From NCBI GenBank assembly GCA_944389655.1, contig CALXND010000001.1, positions 954-64,953 on the forward strand: a DNA stretch of 64,000 nt, written 5' to 3'. Under the pieces are notes generated by a model. It had not been told where the DNA came from and did no database searches. It saw nothing but the letters and a program-made list of their open reading frames with translations. Below are positions 19,725 to 30,646 of this stretch, piece by piece. Each line of letters starts with the position of its first letter. Within the stretch, counting starts at the first letter, position 1. The DNA is from an uncultured Clostridia bacterium. GTDB lineage: Bacteria > Bacillota > Clostridia > TANB77 > CAG-508. Position numbers and translations under genes: made by a program.

Positions 19725-19804
19725 TTATTTGTCCTCCTATGTTTTTATTTTCTGTGTGACTTTTTATCAAACTTTTCATCAAGATGTTCAAGTAAAAATA
19801 TATT

Positions 19805-22800
19805 TTATTCACTTCTAAGTGCTAATACTGGATCTTCCTTTGCAGCTTTTCTAGATGGAATTATTCCTCCAATTAAAGTAAGTACAATGCTTAGAATAAC
19901 TAAAATAATTCCTGCCATAATTGGTAGTGAAGCTTTAACATCTACTCCATTTGATATTACGGCTATAATTTGATTTATCGGAATTAGTAAAATTAAAGTA
20001 AGTCCTACTCCAATTATTCCCGCTAATGCACCGATAATGATAGTTTCCGCATTAAATACTTGTGATACATTATGTTTAGATGCTCCCATTGCTCTTAGTA
20101 TACCAATTTCCTTCTTACGTTCTAATACACTAATATATGTTATTACTCCTATCATAATAGAAGATACTACTAACGATATTGCCACAAACGCAATTAAAAC
20201 ATAACTTATTGTATCAACAATGGTTGTAACTGAGCTCATTAATGTCCCTACCATATCCGAAAATGAAATTATTTTATCTTCGTCTCCATTTTCCTCCATA
20301 CGAGAATTATATTCATTAAGTATATTCGTAATTGCTTTATTCCCTTCAAAATCTCTTGGATAAATATCAATTCCGCTAGGTTCGTCCATACTTGTATAAT
20401 TTAGTTTTTTTAAGTTACTATCATAGGTTACACTTTCTTTTGACATTAAGGTATTAAACAATTCTGATAATTCTTCCTCATTCATTTTTATTTTAAAAGC
20501 ATTTATAAAAGTATTCTCATCTATACTAATAGCTCCTGCTATAGAGGTGCTTAATTCTTTAACACTTGCCTCCATCTGCTTCTGTAAGCCTTTGCTAACA
20601 CTTCCTATTACATTTTGCATGTATTCTTCCATTATTGTAGATATTTGTTTATCTAAGCTTTGTGATTTTACTATTTGTGATATATTTTTTAATATAATAT
20701 TTTTTGCTTCGTCTGAGTCTAAGTATTCCATAAGATACTGATTTAATTCTTTTATACTTACTAGTTCATTTTCTTTTACATATTTTTCGTAACCCGCTAA
20801 AACTTCGGTCATAATATCTTGTAATTGCTCTTGTGAAATAGTCAAACTACCATTTTCCTTTATTATTTCTTCTAATTTGTTGTTTAATAAGTCATTTGCT
20901 TCTTTTGATTGTAGATATTCTGATAATTGTTTTCCTATTTGCGCTATATTAGCCTCTGGTTTATTTTTTACATATTCTTCATATCCGTTTAAAAAGTCAC
21001 TTATTATTAATTGTATGTCTTTACTTGATATAGAGATTTTTATATTATTTAGTACATCATCTATATCTAATGCTGGTAATGAATTTTGTGTTAATACATT
21101 ATTTAGGTTTCCAAAATTCACTTTTATTTTTGACTCATCTATTTTAAAAGCTGAACCAATTGCATTTGTGTCCACATCAATTAAAGAATTCATGTCAAAA
21201 GATTCATCTTCTTCGGTATCATCGAATCTTTTTCCTGTAAATACATTAATTTCTGGATTAGCTAATTGTTCTTGTACTATTTTGCTATTCTGTGCATTAT
21301 TAATAGTATATTCCGTTAATTCTGCTGGATAATAAATTCCACTAGATAGCATGATGCTTGTAGCTCCTTCTTTTGGTTGAACTATACCAACTATTTCTAA
21401 GTCTTCTCCATTTTTCACAATATTTTCCATGTATTTTGTATTATCTGTCTTATCACGCCAAATTTTATATTCTTTATCGTATTCGTAACAATCACTAATA
21501 TCAATTAATTTAAACTTTGTTCCTAAAATATCTTCATATGAGTATGAGCCTAAATTATCAGGTGTGGTCACCTCTTCACCATTAGAAAATTGCTTGACTA
21601 ATTCTTCTAGCTCACTATAATCTCTTAAATTAAGAGCATATAATAGGAAATCACTAATATCTCCTTGAGATGAAAGTACTAAAATGCATTCATTATAATT
21701 TGTAGGCCAATGTCCTGCTTTTACATCATATTGGCTCTCATACAGGCTTTTATCCTTAGGCATTTGAAAAAATACATCTGTACTCATCATACTAGACATC
21801 ATACTATTACTAGATGCCTCTGATCCCATTCCTAAACTAGAAAAAGTAATGTCTGGATTTATCTGTCTTATATTTTCAGTATCTGAACTATAAATTATTG
21901 GAGTAACATCATATGTATATTCAATAGCTTTAGCATAATCGTATATCTTACTTGCATCACTTTCTAAATACTGTTTTAGTGACTTTAGGTCATTAGAACC
22001 TATACTAGAAAACATACTTGTTATGCTTTTACTTACATTAATACCTTTATTTTCTTCGTCTTCCTCATCATTCTTTACCCCCATTATTAAAGAGCTTATA
22101 TCTATTCCTGAACTTTGTATTTGAAGCGGATATTCAGATAGTGTGTCTTCTTCTACAGATTTAATATATCGATTAACTCCATTCGATAACGATAATATTA
22201 ATGCTATTCCAATAATTCCAATTGAGCCAGCAAAAGATGTTAGAATTGTTCTTCCTTTTTTAGTTCTTAGATTGTTAAAACTCAAAGATAAAGATGTTAA
22301 GAATGACATTGTAGTTTTTCCTAATTTTTTATGTATTGGCTCTTTAGTTTTTCCAGCTTCTACTATATATGGATTTGTATCTGAAAGGATTTTTCCATCT
22401 TTAATATTTACAATTCTTGTTGCATAATCTCTGGCTAAATCGGGATTATGTGTTACCATGACCACTAAACGATCTTTTGCTACTTCTTTTAATAAGTCCA
22501 TAACCTGAATACTGGTATCACTATCCAATGCTCCTGTTGGTTCATCTGCTAGAACTATATCAGGGTCATTTACTAAAGCTCTTGCAATGGCCACTCTTTG
22601 CATTTGACCTCCTGATAACTGATTTGGCTTTTTATGAATTTGGTTTGCGAGTCCTACTTTTTCCAGTGCTTTTATTGCTTTTTGTCTACGACCTTTTTTT
22701 GATACTCCTGATATAGTCAATGCTAACTCTACATTAGCTAAAATAGTTTGATGTGGTATTAGATTGTAACTTTGAAATACAAATCCTATTGTATGATTAC

Positions 22801-23041
22801 GATATGAGTCCCAATCTCTATCTCTATATTTTTTAGTAGATATACCATTAATTATTAAATCTCCTTTGTCGTATCGGTCTAAGCCACCAATAATATTTAG
22901 GAGTGTTGTTTTTCCAGACCCACTTGGGCCAAGAATTGCAACAAATTCATTATCTCTTAAGTTAAGACTTACATCATCTAATGCCTTTTGAATTAAGTCT
23001 CCGGTTTTATATTGTTTATGGATATTTTTTATTTGTAACAT
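19805..23041 (-). CDS. Fused ABC transporter ATP-binding domain plus FtsX-type permease (MacB-like) with very large extracytoplasmic region, 1078 aa
   Basis: N-terminal Walker A GPSGSGKTT, LSGGQ signature and Walker B DEPTGALD. C-terminal FtsX 4-TM module. The middle region contains an internal tandem duplication (DFLNGYEEYVKNK...LQSKEANDLLNNKLEEII versus EVLAGYEKYVKEN...LDSDEAKNIILKNISQIV). Confidence 0.8.
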   Translation of the reverse strand: MLQIKNIHKQYKTGDLIQKALDDVSLNLRDNEFVAILGPSGSGKTTLLNIIGGLDRYDKGDLIINGISTKKYRDRDWDSYRNHTIGFVFQSYNLIPHQTILANVELALTISGVSKKGRRQKAIKALEKVGLANQIHKKPNQLSGGQMQRVAIARALVNDPDIVLADEPTGALDSDTSIQVMDLLKEVAKDRLVVMVTHNPDLARDYATRIVNIKDGKILSDTNPYIVEAGKTKEPIHKKLGKTTMSFLTSLSLSFNNLRTKKGRTILTSFAGSIGIIGIALILSLSNGVNRYIKSVEEDTLSEYPLQIQSSGIDISSLIMGVKNDEEDEENKGINVSKSITSMFSSIGSNDLKSLKQYLESDASKIYDYAKAIEYTYDVTPIIYSSDTENIRQINPDITFSSLGMGSEASSNSMMSSMMSTDVFFQMPKDKSLYESQYDVKAGHWPTNYNECILVLSSQGDISDFLLYALNLRDYSELEELVKQFSNGEEVTTPDNLGSYSYEDILGTKFKLIDISDCYEYDKEYKIWRDKTDNTKYMENIVKNGEDLEIVGIVQPKEGATSIMLSSGIYYPAELTEYTINNAQNSKIVQEQLANPEINVFTGKRFDDTEEDESFDMNSLIDVDTNAIGSAFKIDESKIKVNFGNLNNVLTQNSLPALDIDDVLNNIKISISSKDIQLIISDFLNGYEEYVKNKPEANIAQIGKQLSEYLQSKEANDLLNNKLEEIIKENGSLTISQEQLQDIMTEVLAGYEKYVKENELVSIKELNQYLMEYLDSDEAKNIILKNISQIVKSQSLDKQISTIMEEYMQNVIGSVSKGLQKQMEASVKELSTSIAGAISIDENTFINAFKIKMNEEELSELFNTLMSKESVTYDSNLKKLNYTSMDEPSGIDIYPRDFEGNKAITNILNEYNSRMEENGDEDKIISFSDMVGTLMSSVTTIVDTISYVLIAFVAISLVVSSIMIGVITYISVLERKKEIGILRAMGASKHNVSQVFNAETIIIGALAGIIGVGLTLILLIPINQIIAVISNGVDVKASLPIMAGIILVILSIVLTLIGGIIPSRKAAKEDPVLALRSE

Positions 23042-23056
23042 AGTTGGTCTCCTCTT

Positions 23057-25577
23057 CTAAGTTTGATTTGTTTCTACCTCGTCTGAGATTTCATCTTCAA
23101 GTCCAGCATCATTTTCTGCTTCGTCTGGCTCTTCTGGTTCCTCAATGATAGTAGTATTTTCCTCTGGTTCTACTTCATTGACTGAGCTAGATTGATTATC
23201 TTCTGTTGTTGTATTTTCTGTTACTATATTTTCTGGCTCTGAAACTTGTTCTTCATCTTCTATATCGTTAACTTCTTCGTCTTCATATGTTGTTACATTC
23301 TCATCTACTTTTGGAGCTTCTTCATCATCATTTGGGTTAAGTTTTAAATCCTCATTTTTATATACATATACTTTATCGTCGTCGTCTTCCTTTTCTGTAG
23401 TGTTATTTTGTGATGTAAGTTTGCTTCCAGAGTGCTTTGTGCATAAATCTGGCACAGTTCCCCATAAGAAATATTCTTGATATACATTTTTGCATCCTGT
23501 TTTTGCTACCATTCCAGTATCTTTACATATATTAACTATTTCTACTCTATTTGGTATTTCAAATCTTTCACTTGCTAATCCATTATGCACTCTTCTCATT
23601 ACATTTGCCCATATTATACCTGCTGGATTTTGATTGTTGTAATAAATTGTTTCATTTTGGTCAAATCCAAACCAAGTTACTGCTGTATAATATGGCGTAA
23701 AACCGCATAACCATTTGTCGTAGTTTTCGTCTGTTGTTCCTGTTTTTGTTGCAACATCAATTCCAGATATAGAGCAGTATGTTGCTGTTCCATATGTTCC
23801 TTCTACTGGTTGTTTTAATAGTTGTTTTACTACATATGCAACTTCTTTAGAAAATACTCTTTTTGTTTTTTGTTTTGCTTCTATTATGTTTCTTCCCTTT
23901 GCATTAGTAATTGCAGTATAAAATGTAGGTTCTATATATACTCCATCATTTGCAATAGTCGCATATGCTGCTGCCATTTCCAAAGGTGTAATTCCATTTT
24001 CTATTCCTCCTAATGCAAGTGCTAAATTTTCGTCTCCTGAGGTTAACGATGTAATTCCCATGTTTTCTAAATAGGTTATTGCTCTTTTGGGTGTAACTTG
24101 CTCCATCATTTCCACAAACGGAATATTTTGAGAAGATTCCAATGCTCTCCTTACAGTTATTTTTCCTAAATAACCTCCATCGCTGTTTTTAGGATTATAA
24201 TTTCCTGGGAAAGTTGTTTTTTTATCATTATACATTGTTGAAGCTGTAAATACTTTTTTATCTATTCCTGGAACTAAAACTGCAAGTGGTTTTATACTTG
24301 ACCCAGTTTGTCTCAAACTTTGTGTTGCTCTATTTAATCCTCTAAAAGTTTCTTTTTCCCCAAGTCCTCCTGTACATGCTAACACCTCTCCTGTTTTATG
24401 GTCTATTATTACCATTGCTGCTTGAGATGTGGTTTCTCCATCTTGTGAGTCTAACACATATTGGCTTTTTAAAAATTCTTTTTCTGTTTCTTTTTGTATA
24501 TCTGCATCTTGTGTACTATGTATAGTTAATCCTGACAAATACAAAAAGTTCTTTGCGCCTTCCTCCGAAAGATGTTTTTCTTCTGATATATCTTCTATTA
24601 CATCTGCTATTAATGCATCTGTATGATATGAGTAAATGGAACTTTCCCTTTTTATCTCTCCTTGCTTAAAGTTTAAGCCTTCATCTACTTCTTCTATTGC
24701 ATCATCATATTCATCTTGCGTTATTTTTTCCAATTCTAGCATCTTTTGTAAAACTGTTGATGTTCTTTTGTTTATTAATTCTTTATTATCATCGTCTCCA
24801 AATGGGTTATATGAATTAGGCGAATTATTTATTCCTGCTAGATATGCACATTCTGCAAGTGATAAGTCAGATACATCTTTATCAAAATAGTACTTGCTAC
24901 CTGCCTGAACCCCATAAACATTTGGTCCAACATATATAACATTTAAGTACATCTCCAAAATTTCTTCTTTTGAAAAATATCTTTCTAGTAAAAATGCTTT
25001 CCACCATTCTTTCACTTTACGAGTAATTGAATCTGTATTGTCTCCTGTTAAGTTTTTAACCAATTGTTGAGTTATTGTACTACCTCCATATGAAGAATTT
25101 CCAAAATGTGTAACATATGAGAGTATAGCTCCTGCCGTTCTTTTAATATCAATTCCCCAATGAGAATAATATCTTTCATCTTCTATTGATACATATGCAT
25201 CTGTTAAATATTGTGGCATTTCTTCAATATCTACTGTTAGCTTCTTTTGCTCTGAACCGAAGTGTTGCTAGTACATTACCATCTATATCTACAACAACTG
25301 AATTTTTGTTTGTAAACATGTTTTCTGTTAAGTCTTTCCATGTATATGCTGATACTCCTAATGTAATTCCTAGTATTACAAGCATTATTAATATGATTAT
25401 AAAAATAAATTTTTTTATTTTTTTCTTTCTATTTTTTGTAATATCTTTATTGTGCTTTGATTTATTTTGATTATTTATTTTTTTTGTTTCTTGTCTTTCA
25501 CGTTTTTCTTTTTCTTGTTTCATTTTTAATACTGATTTTGGAATTTCGTCTTCGTTTGATTTTAGTCTTTTAGCCAT
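23057..25577 (-). pseudogene. Class A penicillin-binding protein (GT51 transglycosylase plus transpeptidase, PBP1A-type) split by a frameshift near 25254-25262
   Basis: The 117-aa ORF (TM anchor ...DIDGNVLATL) and the 720-aa ORF (EDERYYSHWGID GT51 motif, transpeptidase, acidic C-terminal tail) belong to one gene. Manual translation shows the downstream frame reads FGSEQKKLTVDIEEMPQYL (conserved GT51 N-terminus) before its ATG, while the upstream frame ends RFRAKEANSRY*. The shift lies in gaaccgaa at about 25254-25261. Confidence 0.7.
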
Positions 25578-25697
25578 ATATTATTATCGCCTCCTTGCTA
25601 GCTTATATTTTATCTCGAATATGCAATTTTTTCAATAGGAATAAATTAAGATTATCTTAAATTAGTTAGCGGATAATAGTTTTAAAGGAGTCTAAAT

Positions 25698-25958
25698 TCA
25701 ATTAGACTCCTTTAATGCAACTATAAGCTCATTTACTTGAACCTCTGTCTTTACACCTTTATATGTATATTTAGCCCCTGTAAAATATACACGATATCCT
25801 ATATCTTCTAGACGTGTCCTACACAATTTCAAAAATTCATCAGTTTCGTCCTCGGATAAATTTTGTTTCACTCTTATTTCATAAAATGTTATTACTATTT
25901 TATCTGGATTATTTTTTATTTTTTCATCTAAATAATTTATTATCTCTTGTGTTGTCAT
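25698..25958 (-). CDS. Hypothetical small protein (about 86 aa from MTTQEIINYL)
   Basis: ORF in the dominant orientation. The track N-terminal extension runs into the palindromic repeat at 25981..26012. Confidence 0.4.
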   Translation of the reverse strand: MTTQEIINYLDEKIKNNPDKIVITFYEIRVKQNLSEDETDEFLKLCRTRLEDIGYRVYFTGAKYTYKGVKTEVQVNELIVALKESN

Positions 25959-25980
25959 ATGCTCTCTCTCCTTTGTTCTT

Positions 25981-26012
25981 TTGCGCAAATGGGGTCAGAC
26001 CCCATTTGCGCA
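25981..26012. repeat. GC-rich palindrome copy (ttgcgcaaatggggtcagaccccatttgcgca)
   Basis: Perfect palindrome read from the sequence, lying between two minus-strand genes. Confidence 0.9.
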
Positions 26013-26014
26013 TT

Positions 26015-27166
26015 TTATCTAATTTTCCTTACTAACTCAGTCATTTGAGCCATGTTTTCTTCTTTTAATCTTGATTTAATTGTTACCATTGGCTCTATTA
26101 TTCCTATATCTTTCATTTCGCCTAATATGTTTTTCATCGTTCGTCCAGCTGATGGCGCCCACGAACCGTTTTCTATTATTCCTACTTTTCTTTTTTGGTA
26201 ATTTCTTTCTTTTAATCTATTTAAAAATTGTTCCATAGGCGGAAATACTCCTGCATTATAACTTGAGGCTGCAAGTATTAGTTTTGGAAATCTAAATGCA
26301 TTTGCAACTGCTTCTGCCCAGTCATCTTTTGTAAGGTCACATACTATTACATTTTTTTCGCCTTTTTCTTTTAACATTTCCGCTAATACATTTGCTGCAT
26401 CTAATGTATTACCATATATTGAACTGACTGCTATTAATGTTCCTTCTTCTTCTGGCTCATAGCTACTCCATTTATTGTATTTATCTATGTAATATGCTGA
26501 ATTTTCTTTTAATATTGGCCCATGAAGCGGACATATCATTTTTATATCAAGTGTTTTTGCTTTATTTAGTAAAGCTTGTACTTGCATTCCATATTTTCCT
26601 ACAATTCCTATATAGTATCTTCTTGCTTCTGTTATCCAATCATCTTCTATTTCTAATGAGCCAAATTTTCCAAATGCATCTGCCGTAAATAATATTTTTT
26701 CTGTTTGCTCATATGTTACCATTACTTCTGGCCAATGAACCATAGGTGCCATAAAGAACTGCAAAGTATGTGTTCCAAGGTTTAAAGTATCACCTTCTTG
26801 TACAACGATTTTTCTTGCTTCAATATCTATATCAAAAAAGTTTGACAATATATTAAATGTAAATTGATTTCCTACAATTTTCATGTTTGGATATTTTTTA
26901 GCAAGCAATCCTATATTATATGCATGGTCTGGCTCCATGTGTGATACTATAAGATAATCTAGTTCTTCTCCATTTAGCGTTTCATCTAATTTTTTTAACC
27001 ACAATTCCGTTACTCCCTCATCAACTGTGTCTAAAATAGCATTTTTTTCATCTTTTATAACATATGAGTTATAGCTCATCCCATTTTTTATATTATATTG
27101 GCTCTCGAATATTTTTTGCTTATTATTACTCGCACCAATCCAGATTATATCATTAGAAATTTCCAT
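26015..27166 (-). CDS. Flavodiiron protein (metallo-beta-lactamase-like diiron domain plus flavodoxin domain; FprA/rubredoxin-oxygen oxidoreductase type), 383 aa
   Basis: Contains the SHMEPDH diiron ligand motif and a C-terminal flavodoxin-like domain, at typical FDP length. Confidence 0.85.
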   Translation of the reverse strand: MEISNDIIWIGASNNKQKIFESQYNIKNGMSYNSYVIKDEKNAILDTVDEGVTELWLKKLDETLNGEELDYLIVSHMEPDHAYNIGLLAKKYPNMKIVGNQFTFNILSNFFDIDIEARKIVVQEGDTLNLGTHTLQFFMAPMVHWPEVMVTYEQTEKILFTADAFGKFGSLEIEDDWITEARRYYIGIVGKYGMQVQALLNKAKTLDIKMICPLHGPILKENSAYYIDKYNKWSSYEPEEEGTLIAVSSIYGNTLDAANVLAEMLKEKGEKNVIVCDLTKDDWAEAVANAFRFPKLILAASSYNAGVFPPMEQFLNRLKERNYQKRKVGIIENGSWAPSAGRTMKNILGEMKDIGIIEPMVTIKSRLKEENMAQMTELVRKIR

Positions 27167-27429
27167 ATTTTTTCTCCTTCCTTAGTATATTTTTTGCTCA
27201 ATATATGATAGCACATTTTTATAATTTTTGCCATATTAATTTAATAATATTTTTTCTATAACTTCTATACAACAAAAAGAACATCTACATTGTTTATAAA
27301 TGTTCTTCTTTTAATTAGTTATATTAATTGTAAATTTGTTGCTTTGATTTATATTTTATTAGAATTTTAAACTGCTTCAAACTTAAAACAGTTTAACAGT
27401 ACCAATTATCCCAAAGTTATTATCTACAC

Positions 27430-28134
27430 TTAATTACCACCTTGTTCTAAAATCTTTTCGGCTTCTTCCTCTGTTAAAAAACCATTATCTATCATTTTTT
27501 CTGCCACTTGTCTTTGACGCTGTTTAGCTAAATCTGGATTAGCAGTAGGTGCATATGCACTTGGGGCATTTGGTATTCCTGCAAGCATTATACATTCATA
27601 ATCCGTCATATCTTCTGGTTCTTTTCCCCAATAACCTCTTGTTGCTTCTTTGACTGTATAGTATCCGTCCCCAAAATAACTAGTATTTAAGTATAACTCT
27701 AAAATTTCATTTTTATTATATGCTTTTTCTATATCAAATGCCATAAATACTTCTGCAACTTTTCTAGTTATCTTCTTTTCTTGAGTAAAATACATATTTT
27801 TAGAAAGTTGTTGTGTTATTGTGCTACCTCCTTCTACAAAAGACATGGCTTTTATGTCGTTTATCGCTGCACGTCCTATTGCAAATATATCTATTCCGTT
27901 ATGAGAAAAGAAACGTTTATCTTCTACACTAATTACTGCGTTTATATACATCTGTGGTAACTCATCTATAGTAGTATAATCTTCTTTTTCTCGTATTTCT
28001 GCTACTTTTTCTTCTAATGGAACCGCTTCTATAGCTTCCTTATACATTCCATATCCAGCTCCCACATAAACTAAACAAATGCTTAAACCTATAAGAAGAA
28101 TGATTAATAAAACTTTCAATATTTTTTTGAACAT
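27430..28134 (-). CDS. Monofunctional peptidoglycan transglycosylase (GT51, MtgA-like) with N-terminal TM anchor, 234 aa
   Basis: GT51 motifs (ISVEDKRFFSHNGID, GGSTITQQLSKN) with no transpeptidase domain. Confidence 0.8.
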   Translation of the reverse strand: MFKKILKVLLIILLIGLSICLVYVGAGYGMYKEAIEAVPLEEKVAEIREKEDYTTIDELPQMYINAVISVEDKRFFSHNGIDIFAIGRAAINDIKAMSFVEGGSTITQQLSKNMYFTQEKKITRKVAEVFMAFDIEKAYNKNEILELYLNTSYFGDGYYTVKEATRGYWGKEPEDMTDYECIMLAGIPNAPSAYAPTANPDLAKQRQRQVAEKMIDNGFLTEEEAEKILEQGGN

Positions 28135-28273
28135 ATGTTATCACCTCAATTTCTGCGAATTGTACTCTTTATTTAATAATACTACTATTTCTTGCTTTTT
28201 TCCATCATTTATTCTAAATTAAATCTTACATTTTGGTAAGATGTTACAATTCACGGTCATTTCTATTTAGCAT

Positions 28274-28469
28274 AGTCAGAATTAATTTATTCAAAATTTG
28301 TGAAAATATGGAATAGAATATGATTTGAGAATACTAATTCTTTAAAAATTCTTGTAGGGAATCTCGTGCTTTGCCGTGAGGGGCGCCACAAAAATTTCTT
28401 TAGAATTAGTACGAAAATCAGCTTGACCGACATATTTGAAACAATATTTTTAATATATTAATTCTGACT
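28274..28469. mobile_element. MITE-like element, copy 2 (inverted orientation relative to copy 1)
   Basis: TIRs agtcagaattaatttattcaaaatttg ... tatttttaatatattaattctgact. The core is the reverse complement of the 11404..11594 core. Confidence 0.7.
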
Positions 28470-28516
28470 TTATACCAAAACTTTATTGGGCGGTAAATTG
28501 TAACAGTAAGACTTTT

Positions 28517-29737
28517 CTACTTCAAATACCTCACATTAAACCTAGTACCTTTTCCTATTTCTGATTCAACTGTTATATAGCCGTTATCATTTTCTATTAT
28601 CGTTTTGGCAAGTGCTAAACCTATTCCTATACTATCTTTATTTGAGTTTTTAGCTTTATAAAATCTTTCAAATATATGCTTTAAATCCTTTTTATCCATT
28701 CCGCAGCCATTATCTTGAATTGTTATTCCACAATACACATTATTTTCTTCGTAGTTAATATATATTTTACTTTTTTCCTTTGAATATTCCACGCAATTTT
28801 TTATTATATTAGTTATTGCTTCTACTTGCCATTTAGCATCACAATTCACATGAGGTTCTATATTTGTTTTATTTTCTATTACTATCTCAATATTTTTTAA
28901 ATCGCATATAGGCATAACATTTTGCACAGCTGTATTTATAATGTATTGTAATTCTGTATCGTTTTTGTTAAACTTTATAGTATTTGCATCAAACTTTGAT
29001 AGTTTAAGAAGAGCTTGAATAAAAAAGTTTATATTTGCAGTTTCCCTGTATATGCTTTTAATAAAATCATTTCGTGTTTCTTTATTCATGTCTTGATTGT
29101 CCAAAAGATTATCAAGCATTATCATAATAGATGTTAATGGAGTTTTTAATTGATGTGATATATCTTCCAATGACTTTTTTAGAGTCATTTTATCTCTTTT
29201 AGAATTTTCGCTTTGTTCTTTAAGCATCACTGTTATTTTGTATAGTTCATTTTTCAAAATTGATAATTCATCCTCATCATTCTCTTGTATGTTTAAATTA
29301 TATATGCCCCTATTTATTTCTTTTATATATTCAGTTATTTCTTGCACCTTTTTGTTTTGGCTTTTATCATACATTATAAAAACGAAAAGTAATGACAGCA
29401 ATAATATAATTAATATGCCAATATTTAAACTTAAAAATAGTTTATGTTCATGGTTATTTATTAATATAGAGGATTCTTTTTCTATATCTATTCCATATTG
29501 CCTTAGCATGTCCCTCTCATTTGCATTGTTATTTAAGATTTCTATAATTTCGTTAACGTCTACATCTGGATACTTTTCTTTTATATTTACAATTATCCTA
29601 TTTATTGCTATATTTGTATTTTTGTTATACTCGATATATTGCACAATATTTAATATGGTCAAAATAACTGCAAAAATTATAAATACTATACTTGTTATAA
29701 TAATATATTTTTTTAGATTAATCTTATTCTTCATCAA
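28517..29737 (-). CDS. Sensor histidine kinase (2 TM, ~65-aa extracytoplasmic loop, HisKA plus HATPase_c), 406 aa
   Basis: H-box ISHQLKTPLTSI and the G-box region GIGLALAKTIIENDNGYITVESEIGKGTRF. Confidence 0.85.
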   Translation of the reverse strand: MMKNKINLKKYIIITSIVFIIFAVILTILNIVQYIEYNKNTNIAINRIIVNIKEKYPDVDVNEIIEILNNNANERDMLRQYGIDIEKESSILINNHEHKLFLSLNIGILIILLLSLLFVFIMYDKSQNKKVQEITEYIKEINRGIYNLNIQENDEDELSILKNELYKITVMLKEQSENSKRDKMTLKKSLEDISHQLKTPLTSIMIMLDNLLDNQDMNKETRNDFIKSIYRETANINFFIQALLKLSKFDANTIKFNKNDTELQYIINTAVQNVMPICDLKNIEIVIENKTNIEPHVNCDAKWQVEAITNIIKNCVEYSKEKSKIYINYEENNVYCGITIQDNGCGMDKKDLKHIFERFYKAKNSNKDSIGIGLALAKTIIENDNGYITVESEIGKGTRFNVRYLK

Positions 29738-30377
29738 TTCTATACCCCACGCCTTTTATTGTTGTAATTATTGGAGTCTCAAGTTTCTGCCTAATTCTTT
29801 TCATGTATACAGTAACAGTGTTATCATACACATCGTTACCTGTCCAATCCCATATTTTTTCTATTATATATTCTCGTGAAACTACTTTATTTAGATTAGT
29901 AAATAATAACATTAATATCTTTAATTCTAAAGCTGAAAATGAAATTTCTTTTTCAGCTTTGTATATACACATTTTATCTAAATCACATTTTATATTTTTA
30001 ATTTTTACAATATTGTTTTTCTTCTCTCTCATACATATCTTATTTATTCTTGCAATTAACTCTCTGGTTGAAAATGGCTTTGTTATATAATCTTCTGCCC
30101 CCAGTTCTAATCCCATTACGACATCATCTTCATCGTCTCTAGCTGTTAAAAATATTGTTTTTATATTGTACTTTTCTTTTATTTTTTTATACAGTTCAAA
30201 GCCATTTCCATCAGGTAATGACACGTCGAGTATTATTAATCCTATTTTTTCTTTTTGCAATATCTGTATTGTTTCTTTTACATCTTCTGCTATTATAACC
30301 TCGTAACTTTTTTGCTCCAGGCTATATTTTAAGGCTGTTGATATAGATTTATTGTCTTCTACTAATAAGATCTGCAT
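29724..30377 (-). CDS. OmpR-family response regulator, 217 aa
   Basis: Receiver domain MQILLVEDN...LDVSLPDGNGFEL and a winged-helix C-terminus (TVYMKRIRQKLE...IKGVGYRI). Confidence 0.9.
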   Translation of the reverse strand: MQILLVEDNKSISTALKYSLEQKSYEVIIAEDVKETIQILQKEKIGLIILDVSLPDGNGFELYKKIKEKYNIKTIFLTARDDEDDVVMGLELGAEDYITKPFSTRELIARINKICMREKKNNIVKIKNIKCDLDKMCIYKAEKEISFSALELKILMLLFTNLNKVVSREYIIEKIWDWTGNDVYDNTVTVYMKRIRQKLETPIITTIKGVGYRIDEE

Positions 30378-30393
30378 TTATGTTTCCTCCATT

Positions 30394-30646
30394 TTGCGCT
30401 GGTTGGGGGACTTAGCTTATTTTGCGCAATCTTCATCATATTTTAAATGTTAATTTATATATTTTTTCTTTTTAGTCTTCGGCCCCCAGCATCGTACAAA
30501 CTGTAAAATTCCACTAACGTGTATTTAACAGTTTGTAAACTTGCTGGTCCCCACCTTAAGCACTCCGACTAAAAATAAAAAATATATAAATTAACTAAAA
30601 ATTCAAATAATATTTGCGCAAAATAAGCCCGTCGCCAACCAGCGCA
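30394..30646. repeat. Composite palindromic element inside the ABC/TCS operon: outer IRs ttgcgctggttggggg.../...ccaaccagcgca enclosing a copy of the GC-rich core shared with 14395..14631
   Basis: Left arm ttgcgctggttgggggacttagcttattttgcgcaa, right arm ttgcgcaaaataagcccgtcgccaaccagcgca. The internal segment cttcggcccccagcatcgtacaaactgtaaaa...cttgctggtccccaccttaagcactcc is the reverse complement of the 14470..14560 core. Confidence 0.8.

Noticed and set aside
19725-19804. SAM (S-box) riboswitch upstream of metK
   Set aside because: The leader is only ~80 nt, it lacks the conserved S-box helices and motifs, and the upstream ABC gene ends at 19805.
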